A stretch of 24,007 nucleotides of DNA, the filler included, from an uncultured Methanosarcinales archaeon (lineage in GTDB: Archaea; Nanobdellota; Nanobdellia; Woesearchaeales; BS150m-G63), in assembly GCA_964630685.1 (NCBI GenBank). It is 11 parts of 11 records of this genome, joined end to end, with 100 filler letters (N's around TTAATTAATTAA, not from the genome) between each part and the next. Parts side by side here need not be neighbours in the genome. Positions count along the whole stretch, not along the records: positions 1 to 8,676 come from CAZVVW010000020.1; 10 more parts are not named here. One strand, written 5' to 3'. The translations under genes and the position numbers were made by a program. A model generated the notes under the pieces. The model searched no databases. It worked only from the letters and a program-made list of their open reading frames with translations, and was not told where the DNA came from. Position 1 is the first letter of the stretch; every line of letters starts with the position of its first letter. Below, in pieces: positions 1-8,776 of this stretch.

Positions 1-3000
1 AACACCACATCATCAGCAGTTATATTTATGATATAATCATTAGTACAACCAGTTAAGTTTTCACTTAAAGTTGTTGATTCATTTATCTCCCAACCACATC
101 TACTTTCTAAAGTAAACATCACTTCAGAATTTCCTGTGAGATTAACAACACTCATTCCAGTAATATAACTAGGTTTAGAGACATTTATAGTATAATTATT
201 GAAATAATCATGGGAATCTTCACCATTTTGAATATACTCAGTAAAACTCTGCCCAATTATCCATCCAGAACTATTAGTAAGATTACTAAACTCTTGGCTA
301 CTATTTGTCTGCCATCCAGTAACATTAACACCACTCAGATTATCACCATTAGTATTATTCACATAAACATCTAAGTACCATTGCACATGAAGATTTCCTC
401 CATCAAGTCCAAAACTAACATCTGTTGAATTAAAGCTCACATTTCTGAAATAAACATCATTAATGCCATACTCAGAACTTATTGAAATATCATTCCCACT
501 TGGAGCAATTATTTCAGAATCAATAAAGTAATTTGAATCATCCCCTGTAGTATATATAATAACTCCACTACTATTTGTTGAATTAATATGCTCATTTCTA
601 AATGTATTATTCCCACTATTAATTATTTGGATTACTTTGTTGGAACTTCCAATTGAAACCCATTCATTATTTTCTAATAAATTATTATTTGCTTCATCAA
701 CATATAATGCTTTATCAGAATGATTGCTACTGATATTATTTCCAATAATATTTCCATAATCACCTTCTAAATGGACCCCTATTTTGCCAAAATTACTAAT
801 TACATTAGAAGTGATATTTACCCCATCATTATACACAGCCAACCCCCAATATACATCCTCAATAGTGTTATTTTCAATTAAAGCATCTGTAGTATTAATC
901 TCAAGTCCTCTCTGTCCAACACTACCACCCCATCCAGCTTCACTCAAATAACTATCCATCATTGTAAAGTTAGCCCCATCATTAACAATAAAGCCAAAAT
1001 GAGCACTCGCATTATCGCCATTAGTGATATTAGCACCACTAAAAATTGTAAAGTTAGCCCCATCATTAACAATTATATTTACTTCACCATCATAAGTTCC
1101 ATTCATAATATGAGTGTCATTTGTAGTAACATCTCCATTGATAGTCCAGTTTCCGTTATGATAAATAGTGTGCCCTCCACTAATTATCATATAACCATTA
1201 ACTTCTAATTCCCCAACAGTCAAAGTAACGTTAGTCAGGTTTAAACTACTATTATTTTCAACGACCATTAATTGCCCATCAGGAACAGTGATAACTTGAT
1301 TCGCTTTCGCACACGAAACTCCACTTATATCATAAGTATCATAAATACTCAAAGGCACATCACATTTATGAATCAGCGAAACATTCACAGTATCATTAAA
1401 GGAAAGATTAATTGATTTAGATCTATAATCTGTTTTAGTTAAATCTAAAGTATATGAATAAGAATTTGTTCCACTATTTGTCATTTTATATTTAGTTAAT
1501 ACACTATTTACTTTGCCTTTATTATTAGTTATAAGGTTAGCAATAACTCCACCACTTACACGATTCACAACAATATTTGCAGACTCAATAGTTGAATCAC
1601 TATACAAATCTTTAATATTAAAATCAATACTTATTTTATTAATAAGACTCCCTTCACCACTAACATTAATATTAGAATCATTAAAAGAAACATCCACCAT
1701 ATCATTTTCTCCCTCATTCACCCCATAAATTTTTAAATCATCCAAAGAACAATTAATCAAAGTAGAATTCTCTACAGTATTATTAGCACCATCAAGGATA
1801 GAAATACATACCTCAGAATTAGCAACATAAGTTTCACTTAAATAATTCCCTAAACTTGTAGATAGTCCAATCCCATATTCTGTATTATTGTTTAAATTAT
1901 TATTTGTAAGGTTATTGTAATTAGAACTAGATACTATAAAAATACCAAATAAAAGATTATCAAAAATAGTATTATTGTTCAATAAATTATTCTCCGAAGC
2001 TCCACCCAAAAAGATCCCATAATCATTATTGTTATGCACAGTATTATTTTCTATGGTTCCACCATCCACATTATTAAGATTAATACCTCTCTCAAATCCA
2101 CTGATATTACAATCAATTATACTGCTTCCATTATACCCATCAACATCAACCCCATTCCCAGTTCCATTACCAATTATACTATACCCCCCACAATCAAACA
2201 CAACATCATTAGCACCAATAATTATTCCAGTTCCATTACAATTCAAATCAGAATAAAGACTATCAGAACCATTTAATATATCCCCACAACTCAAAGTATA
2301 AACACCAACACTATAAGTTGTAAATCCAGTAACATCAAAGAAATAATCATCACCAACATTACTAAATCCGCTACAGAATTCACCACAATCAGCACCATTC
2401 CTGTAAGCCACAGCAGTACCACTCACACTAACATCATAGAAACTCAAATTAGCAGATTGATTTAATCCATTAAACATGCTGGAATTCACAAATATACTAT
2501 TATTGTCAATTTCCACTCCACTTCCAAAGTAAAGAGTTCCAGCATCAGAAATAGATAAATCAGTAGAATTCCATTTAACCTCTCCATAACTATTGTTATA
2601 AATTAAAACGTTTGTATAATGAATAGTATTATCTTCAATTAATACACCATTCAAAGAACTTAGATTATTATTTAACAAAACATAATCCTTACAATAACTA
2701 CCACCCAATTCAATAGTAGTAGAATTAGCATGAAAATTATTATCTTCTAATAAATTACTATGTGAAGAGCCCCCATAAGTTTTAATTGCATATTGGTTAG
2801 TTACAGAAATATCATTACCCATTAAAATATTATTTGAAGTATAACTACCAAAATAAATTCCATATGAATCGGCAGTAATAATATTATTTGTAAAGTTATT
2901 CCCAGATTCCATAACTGCATAAACCCCATAATCTCCTTCTACAGAAATATTATTGTTAAATATATTATTATAATTAACATTAAGATTCATATAAACTCCA

Positions 3001-3620
3001 TTATTAGAAGAGACATTAATTCTATTATTAGAGATATTAGTATATTCAACTATTAAGTATAAGCTTATACCTGTATCTGATGCAGAAATAGTATTATTGT
3101 TTAAAGTATTATTATAACTAAAAGAACGTATTGATATCCCTTTAAAATCCTCAACAACTATATCATTATCAGAAATAGTGTTATTAGAACCACTTTGAAC
3201 TAATATTCCAATATCATCACTAACATAAATAGTATTATTAATTATTGTATGATAATCTGAATCTTTTAAATAAATCCCATAATCCCCATCAACACCATTC
3301 AAATTAATATCACAATTCTTAACAGTTATATTATCAAATCCATCCACATAAATACCATAATCTCCATCGCCTTGTATTGTATACCCAGCACAATCAAACA
3401 CAATATTTGAAGCATTGATAGTAAAAGAATAATTACCACATCCAGTAACATTTCCAGTGAGTATAGCATTCTCATTAACATAACTTCCACAGTCAGAGCT
3501 GTTATTAAACACAACATAACCCACAGCACCATCCCCAAAGCCGAATGAATAAAACACACCAATAATGGAGATGGCAAGTAGAGTGAACACTAACAATCTC
3601 ATGTTCTCTTTCCAACTCAT
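1..3620 (-). CDS. Very large secreted/surface protein with right-handed parallel beta-helix (NosD/CASH-like) repeats; runs off the left edge (>1200 aa)
   Basis: Absent from the ORF track, apparently because it has no stop in the window. Hand translation from ATG 3620 gives MSWKENMRLLVFTLLAISIIGVFYSFGF (signal/TM). It then has recurring modules NIVFDCAGYTIQG and NDVVFDCGGYSIIG, many GIYL/NNTI repeats and N-x-S/T sequons. The same frame reads INITADDVV at the window edge. Confidence 0.88.
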   Translation of the reverse strand, partial: MSWKENMRLLVFTLLAISIIGVFYSFGFGDGAVGYVVFNNSSDCGSYVNENAILTGNVTGCGNYSFTINASNIVFDCAGYTIQGDGDYGIYVDGFDNITVKNCDINLNGVDGDYGIYLKDSDYHTIINNTIYVSDDIGILVQSGSNNTISDNDIVVEDFKGISIRSFSYNNTLNNNTISASDTGISLYLIVEYTNISNNRINVSSNNGVYMNLNVNYNNIFNNNISVEGDYGVYAVMESGNNFTNNIITADSYGIYFGSYTSNNILMGNDISVTNQYAIKTYGGSSHSNLLEDNNFHANSTTIELGGSYCKDYVLLNNNLSSLNGVLIEDNTIHYTNVLIYNNSYGEVKWNSTDLSISDAGTLYFGSGVEIDNNSIFVNSSMFNGLNQSANLSFYDVSVSGTAVAYRNGADCGEFCSGFSNVGDDYFFDVTGFTTYSVGVYTLSCGDILNGSDSLYSDLNCNGTGIIIGANDVVFDCGGYSIIGNGTGNGVDVDGYNGSSIIDCNISGFERGINLNNVDGGTIENNTVHNNNDYGIFLGGASENNLLNNNTIFDNLLFGIFIVSSSNYNNLTNNNLNNNTEYGIGLSTSLGNYLSETYVANSEVCISILDGANNTVENSTLINCSLDDLKIYGVNEGENDMVDVSFNDSNINVSGEGSLINKISIDFNIKDLYSDSTIESANIVVNRVSGGVIANLITNNKGKVNSVLTKYKMTNSGTNSYSYTLDLTKTDYRSKSINLSFNDTVNVSLIHKCDVPLSIYDTYDISGVSCAKANQVITVPDGQLMVVENNSSLNLTNVTLTVGELEVNGYMIISGGHTIYHNGNWTINGDVTTNDTHIMNGTYDGEVNIIVNDGANFTIFSGANITNGDNASAHFGFIVNDGANFTMMDSYLSEAGWGGSVGQRGLEINTTDALIENNTIEDVYWGLAVYNDGVNITSNVISNFGKIGVHLEGDYGNIIGNNISSNHSDKALYVDEANNNLLENNEWVSIGSSNKVIQIINSGNNTFRNEHINSTNSSGVIIYTTGDDSNYFIDSEIIAPSGNDISISSEYGINDVYFRNVSFNSTDVSFGLDGGNLHVQWYLDVYVNNTNGDNLSGVNVTGWQTNSSQEFSNLTNSSGWIIGQSFTEYIQNGEDSHDYFNNYTINVSKPSYITGMSVVNLTGNSEVMFTLESRCGWEINESTTLSENLTGCTNDYIINITADDVV

Positions 3621-3631
3621 CTGTTCATCAA

Positions 3632-4078
3632 TCATCTATCCTTACCGCCTAATTTCTTCTCATCACGTTTTTTCTTAGCCCTATTATAACAAGTCCAAAT
3701 AGTACGATCATTCCGACCTAAAAGCACAGCCATCTCGTGATAACTAAACCCACGTTCATCTTTCAGATATTCAGCAATCGCTTCCAACACACTAACCTCT
3801 CTGTCTAAGAACACAGTACTCGGTACACTTTCACCTTCATCACCAACAACAACATGTTCAACACCGCCACGAGATTTCCTTTTTTTCTTAGCCCGATTGT
3901 AACAAGTCCAGATTGTTCTATCATCCCTGTTCAACAACACAGCTATCTCGTGATAGCTCATTCCTTTCTCGTCCATAAAATATTCAGAAACAGCTTCTAG
4001 GACGCTAATACTTCTATCCAAAAATACCTTCAAAGGTATAAGAATTACATTTTCCTCTCTAATTTTAGCTAAAACCAA
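3632..4078 (-). CDS. Tandem-duplicated HTH DNA-binding protein (sigma70 region 4/Tfx-like), probable transcriptional regulator
   Basis: Two near-identical ~55-aa repeats: VFLDRSISVLEAVSEY...GMSYHEIAVLLNRDDRTIWTCYNRAKKKR and VFLDREVSVLEAIAEY...GFSYHEMAVLLGRNDRTIWTCYNRAKKKR. The TTG start lies ~24 nt after a TATA box. Confidence 0.8.
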   Translation of the reverse strand: MVLAKIREENVILIPLKVFLDRSISVLEAVSEYFMDEKGMSYHEIAVLLNRDDRTIWTCYNRAKKKRKSRGGVEHVVVGDEGESVPSTVFLDREVSVLEAIAEYLKDERGFSYHEMAVLLGRNDRTIWTCYNRAKKKRDEKKLGGKDR

Positions 4079-4116
4079 TACTTACAATGTAAGTATGCTA
4101 ATATTTAAACCTTTCG
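4078..4116 (-). promoter_or_regulatory. Archaeal promoter (BRE+TATA) with perfect palindromic operator
   Basis: Minus strand reads CGAAAGG-TTTAAATA (TATA 4102-4109). A perfect 9-1-9 inverted repeat ATACTTACA-a-TGTAAGTAT at 4078-4096 abuts the start codon. Confidence 0.7.
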
Positions 4117-4158
4117 AAGAATATCGATTAAAACCAACAAAAACACACAAAAAAACCA

Positions 4159-4198
4159 ATACTCACATTGTAGGTATATCAAATATTTAAATCTTTTG
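4159..4198 (-). promoter_or_regulatory. Second, degenerate copy of the promoter/operator unit
   Basis: ATACTCACA-t-TGTAGGTAT (4159-4177) plus TTTAAATA (4184-4191, minus strand). It sits 81 bp from copy 1 and has the same AAAACCA flank. Confidence 0.6.
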
Positions 4199-4302
4199 GT
4201 AAAAAATCTCAAATTTTTTTCGAAAGGCTTGAAAATAAAATCTTTTTGGTTTTCGGTAAAAAACAACAAGTTTTTTAATAACCTTTTACAAATAACTAAA
4301 TT

Positions 4303-5148
4303 ATGAAAAACTTAAAAGAGTCATTTTTGATATTTCTCAGAGGACTTTTCATGGGTACAGCTGACGCTATACCAGGAGTTTCAGGCGGCACAATAGCTTT
4401 AATAACAGGAATTTACGAACGTCTAATTTATGCAATCAATAACATAAACAACTTAATTCTAAAAGAATTATTCCACCTAAACATAAAAAAAGCATTCAAA
4501 AACCTAAAAAAATTAGATTTTAAATTATTCATCCCACTCGCATTAGGAATTATAATGGCGTTATTTACTTTTGCCCACATAATCAGTTATCTCTTAACAA
4601 ATAAGACAGCAATAACATACTCATTTTTCTTTGGCCTAATACTCTCTTCATCAATTTTAGTATACAAACACACACACAACAATCACTTAAAAAACATACC
4701 ATCACTACTCATAGGAATTCTTTTAGCAATAATACTGACAGGATTAACAAAAACAGCAACAAACCACTCAAACATAATCATATTCCTTTCAGGCGCAATA
4801 GCAATATGTGCAATGATCCTACCAGGAATCTCAGGAGCTTTCATACTTGTCCTATTAAATCAATACGAATTCATAATAAACTTAATAAAAACACTTCAAA
4901 TAGATAAAATTATTATATTCGCAGTAGGAGCATTAGTGGGAATCCTATCTTTCTCAAAAATCCTGACATACTTATTAAAATCCCATAAAAAACAAACAAT
5001 GGCATTATTGACAGGACTCATGATAGGTTCATTAAGAATCCCATTTTACAAAATCATCACAACATACACAAACATCTGGCCAACAATCATTTCAACAATA
5101 ATTGGATTTACAATAGTATTTATTCTAGAAAAAAAATTCACTTCTTAA
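4303..5148 (+). CDS. DUF368 family membrane protein (putative polyprenyl-phosphate transporter)
   Basis: Family motifs MGTADAIPGVSGGTIALITGIYERLI and AICAMILPGISGAFILVLLNQYE; multiple TM segments. Confidence 0.9.
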   Translation: MKNLKESFLIFLRGLFMGTADAIPGVSGGTIALITGIYERLIYAINNINNLILKELFHLNIKKAFKNLKKLDFKLFIPLALGIIMALFTFAHIISYLLTNKTAITYSFFFGLILSSSILVYKHTHNNHLKNIPSLLIGILLAIILTGLTKTATNHSNIIIFLSGAIAICAMILPGISGAFILVLLNQYEFIINLIKTLQIDKIIIFAVGALVGILSFSKILTYLLKSHKKQTMALLTGLMIGSLRIPFYKIITTYTNIWPTIISTIIGFTIVFILEKKFTS

Positions 5149-6382
5149 TCTTTATCTCCTCAACTCTCTCGTTAATATAACTACACTTAACAATCTTCCC
5201 AACAAGCTCTTCAGCCCGTCTAAACTCTCTTTTTAGTTTAGTATACACACGATCATCACGAACATAAGTATTATCATGTTTTTTCTTAAAGCTTTCAACA
5301 CGATTCTTTTCACTCAATGGAGGTCCACTCCATTCATACTCAGCATCCAAAACTTCTTTCTTTAAAATATACCAAAACAAAGCCTTTTGGCCTTTGTCCC
5401 ACTCCCATCCATCACCAATCACAGTAAAATCAAATTTTCTAAACGCCATTCCAATATGCTCAAACACTTTAAGTAATTTAGCACCAACAACATCTTCTTT
5501 TCCTTCAAGCGCACTGACATCAAACACCACTAACACATCCTTACCACTCAGTTTCTTAAGCGCACCAAGATCTATTTTCTTAACTTTAAAAAAATCAGCA
5601 CTAGGATTTTTCAAAAAAGCACGAGCCTGCTCAATAAACAACTTAAATTTATCTTTACCAAGTGCGGCAGCAGCATTCCTTTCAGGCATTATTGGATCAA
5701 CAACAACCAGTGGAGAGACCAATTTAGATTTATTCATATTATCCAACACGCCACCCCCATAAACATTATGATGATCAACAACAACCCTCTTCCCCCAATT
5801 ATTAACATTTTCCAAAAGCTTCAAAAATCCACCATAATGAATCACTAAAATATCCAACACATGCCCAGAAAAACCTTTGATATAACTCTCAGCACCATAA
5901 ACTCCAATCCCCTTACAGAATTGTTTAGCTAATCTGATATCATCCCTCAATTTAACATCACTATTCTTAAGCACCCAATCAACATGCATTGGACTCATAT
6001 CTGTAACATTTTTAGCATCTTTAACGTCTTTTATATCCAACACAGGTACAATCTCAAAACAAAAATTTTCAACAACCTTAAAATAATCTCTACTCCCATG
6101 CACTAATTCAGGCTCCAACAACTCCAACACGCCTTCCAAAAGTTCGCTGATATCATCACCAACATAATTTAGATTAAATTTAACAAAAACATCCACATCA
6201 TGATCTCCTTTAAGAAATGTTCCTTTTGCAATAGAACCCCCAGCAACAACTTTAGCATCAACATCAGATTTCTTTACAAGTTTCTTGAGTCTATCTAAAA
6301 ACCTTTCAATTTCTTTATCAACACGTCCAGGTTTAATTTCACCCAAAACATCTTTCAGTAGTTTCATACACGTCATCAACAC
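5138..6382 (-). CDS. cca: CCA-adding tRNA nucleotidyltransferase, class I (archaeal type)
   Basis: GGSIAKGTFLKGDHDVDVF nucleotidyltransferase motif, GVYGAESYIKGFSG, LVVVDP...RNAAAAL and GPP near the C-terminus. The true start may be a few codons downstream. Confidence 0.92.
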   Translation of the reverse strand: MLMTCMKLLKDVLGEIKPGRVDKEIERFLDRLKKLVKKSDVDAKVVAGGSIAKGTFLKGDHDVDVFVKFNLNYVGDDISELLEGVLELLEPELVHGSRDYFKVVENFCFEIVPVLDIKDVKDAKNVTDMSPMHVDWVLKNSDVKLRDDIRLAKQFCKGIGVYGAESYIKGFSGHVLDILVIHYGGFLKLLENVNNWGKRVVVDHHNVYGGGVLDNMNKSKLVSPLVVVDPIMPERNAAAALGKDKFKLFIEQARAFLKNPSADFFKVKKIDLGALKKLSGKDVLVVFDVSALEGKEDVVGAKLLKVFEHIGMAFRKFDFTVIGDGWEWDKGQKALFWYILKKEVLDAEYEWSGPPLSEKNRVESFKKKHDNTYVRDDRVYTKLKREFRRAEELVGKIVKCSYINERVEEIKIKK

Positions 6383-6486
6383 ACACTCTTATAAAAACCT
6401 TACCAAAACAAAAACCAAGTTATGTCACTACTTATCCATACTCAAAAACAGAAAACTTTAAATACTCTTTACCATAAATTTTTAAG

Positions 6487-7260
6487 ATGGAACCAAAAGA
6501 AACCTATTATTCAAAAGTAAATATACCTTGGAGATTAAGTTATGATAATGTAGATAATTTTAGGTTGGCAACAAACGACCCAAACGAAGTTCACGACCCA
6601 AAAAAATACATCCCTCCAATCACCCTAGGATTCCAGTTAGAATCTCTTATTGCAGAACATGCAGGAAAACATATTTCTTTAATTTATCCAAAACACCAAT
6701 TAAACAAAATAACCACCAAATTTAAATCGCCTTTATTTGCAGATACATCTTTTAATCTAGAATTATTAATAGACCACGAAAATGTTGAAGCAAAATTATA
6801 TGATGACAAAAAAATCTTTGTAATATCAAATTTAAATTACGCCATCACAAACTCATTACAATATAATGATAAATCCACCACTTCTATAAAAATAAAAAAG
6901 AAAGACACAAATAGATTTTACAAAGGAATAAATGTAAAATCAAATTCAAAATTCCCTATAATGATGCTACCGAGTATGAGTTCTTCATTATTGGCAGAAC
7001 ATATAACTCAGAATAAAGAACACTATAAAGGAATTCCAATTTATCTAAAACATAGTATAGAATTCACTCGTCCAGTGGAAGAATTTAAAGCAAACAAAAA
7101 ATTAAATCTTTCTCTAGATTCACATAAAAGCAACCGAATAGCACACACATTTAATATTTCAGGATCTTATAAAAATCACAATCTGTTTAAAGCAGAGTTA
7201 TTAATCTCTTTCTTACCAGAAGAAAAATTCAACGAAATTATCAAAAAAACAAAACTTTAA
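6487..7260 (+). CDS. Hypothetical protein with possible MaoC-like (double) hot-dog fold
   Basis: FRLATNDPNEVHD resembles the MaoC hydratase motif (F..xSGDxNPxH), and KFKSPLF resembles the hot-dog F..PV strand. AAAACTTTAAATA lies ~25 nt upstream. Confidence 0.5.
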   Translation: MEPKETYYSKVNIPWRLSYDNVDNFRLATNDPNEVHDPKKYIPPITLGFQLESLIAEHAGKHISLIYPKHQLNKITTKFKSPLFADTSFNLELLIDHENVEAKLYDDKKIFVISNLNYAITNSLQYNDKSTTSIKIKKKDTNRFYKGINVKSNSKFPIMMLPSMSSSLLAEHITQNKEHYKGIPIYLKHSIEFTRPVEEFKANKKLNLSLDSHKSNRIAHTFNISGSYKNHNLFKAELLISFLPEEKFNEIIKKTKL

Positions 7261-7296
7261 TAAATCTCTCACCCCTTGATATAATTTAATATAACA

Positions 7297-7331
7297 TAAC
7301 ATAATTATTAACATAATTATTAACATAATTA
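7297..7331. repeat. 12-bp tandem repeat (TAACATAATTAT x~3) upstream of the antiporter RBS
   Basis: Read directly; followed by AAGAGGT (SD-like) and ATG 7345. Confidence 0.75.
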
Positions 7332-7344
7332 AAAAAGAGGTAAA

Positions 7345-8547
7345 ATGCAAACACTATATCTGTTAACTTCATTAGCAGTCCTTCTTCTTATAGGTATTTT
7401 ATGCTCTATAATTGCAAATAAACTTCGTATTCCCAACGTTTTACTTTTAATTCTAACAGGAATCTCGTTGAGTTATATAAAATACAACAACAAACCCCTT
7501 CTTCAATTTGACCCAATATTTCTCACAAGCATAAGTATAATAGCATTAGTTATGATTTTATTTGATTCCAGTTCAAGATTAAAATTAAAAACTTTTGACA
7601 CTCTTTCATTCAAAGCTATAAAATTAACTTCTGTTTTTTTACTATATAATATCTTATTACTAACTCTTCCAGTCTTATTTCTTTATGGAATTTATGCAGA
7701 ATCTCTTTTTCAGCAATTTATTTTAGCACTTGTTTTTACAACATTAGTCTCAGCAACAGATTCAGCATCAGTGATGGTACTTCTCCAAGGCGTAAAAAGT
7801 AAAGTGGCAAAGCTTCTTGAAATAGAATCTATCTTGAACACCCCATTAGCAATTATTCTCCCATTTATGTTAATAGATCTTCTAGATAAAACAAAAGAAA
7901 AAGTAGTGATGTCTACTTTTTTACTAGATCAAATTCTTCCATTTCTGGCACAGATTGTAGTGGGAATTGGATCGGGTGTATTCATAGGATTGATTATTTT
8001 CAAATTAATGAGGAAAAAATATTCAGAACAACTTAGCCCAGTCGCATTAATAACAGCAGCTCTTTTAACATATATCATAGCAGAAAATCTTCAAGGTTCT
8101 GGAGTTTTAGCAGTTGTAGCACTAGGATTATTCTTTGGAAACGTTTATGTAAAACAAAAAGAAACTCTAAAAGAGTTTTCACTAATGTTTTCAAATTCCT
8201 TAGAGATATTAGTGTTTATCCTAGTAGGATTCATAGTCAACATCCCTCTATCATTAGAATTCTTCTTAAAATCATTTGCACTCTTTATAATTTACTTAAT
8301 CATAAGGTTTTTGGCAGTAAACTTGACTTTTAGAAATGAAAATTACACTAAAAAAGAACTAATTTTCATGAGCTTAAATGTTTCAAAAGGAATTGCAGTC
8401 GCAGTTGTAGCATTTACATTAATGACCACAAAGATACCTGGAATAGAACATATCCTTCACCTAATTCTTGCTTTCATGGTATATGGTATAGCAACATCAA
8501 CTATCGCAGAAAGATATGCATCAAAATTTCTTAATCATCCAAAATAA
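7345..8547 (+). CDS. Cation:proton antiporter, CPA1/NhaP family
   Basis: Many TM helices, with motifs VSATDSASV, LLEIESILNTP and GSGVLAVVALGLFFGN. Confidence 0.85.
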   Translation: MQTLYLLTSLAVLLLIGILCSIIANKLRIPNVLLLILTGISLSYIKYNNKPLLQFDPIFLTSISIIALVMILFDSSSRLKLKTFDTLSFKAIKLTSVFLLYNILLLTLPVLFLYGIYAESLFQQFILALVFTTLVSATDSASVMVLLQGVKSKVAKLLEIESILNTPLAIILPFMLIDLLDKTKEKVVMSTFLLDQILPFLAQIVVGIGSGVFIGLIIFKLMRKKYSEQLSPVALITAALLTYIIAENLQGSGVLAVVALGLFFGNVYVKQKETLKEFSLMFSNSLEILVFILVGFIVNIPLSLEFFLKSFALFIIYLIIRFLAVNLTFRNENYTKKELIFMSLNVSKGIAVAVVAFTLMTTKIPGIEHILHLILAFMVYGIATSTIAERYASKFLNHPK

Positions 8548-8618
8548 TTTAATATCCAGGTTTTAACTCTATAAAGCATCAGAAAATTATTTAAACAATT
8601 AAAGACCTTATAAAATAC

Positions 8619-8676
8619 ATGCAATCAAATCAATCAAATCAATCAAATCAATCAAATCAATCAAATCAATCAAATC
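8619..8676 (+). repeat. 9-bp tandem repeat (CAATCAAAT x6) encoding M-(QSN)n at the start of a truncated ORF
   Basis: ATG 8619 is followed by in-frame CAA TCA AAT units up to the contig end. AGAAAATTATTTAAA (BRE/TATA-like) lies ~25 nt upstream. Confidence 0.75.
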
Positions 8677-8776
8677 NNNNNNNNNNNNNNNNNNNNNNNN
8701 NNNNNNNNNNNNNNNNNNNNTTAATTAATTAANNNNNNNNNNNNNNNNNNNNNNNNNNNNNNNNNNNNNNNNNNNN
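8677..8776. other. Artificial contig linker (first of 10)
   Basis: 44 N + TTAATTAATTAA + 44 N. Identical linkers occur at 11410-11509, 13072-13171, 14690-14789, 16265-16364, 17760-17859, 19178-19277, 20412-20511, 21644-21743 and 22855-22954. Confidence 0.98.

Noticed and set aside
999..3577. Short ORFs at 999, 1513, 2029, 2034 (+) and 3326 (-)
   Set aside because: They are antisense or alternative-frame shadows of the large minus-strand gene.
8721..8732. TTAATTAATTAA palindrome repeated 10 times
   Set aside because: It is an artificial all-frame stop linker embedded in N runs, not biological.
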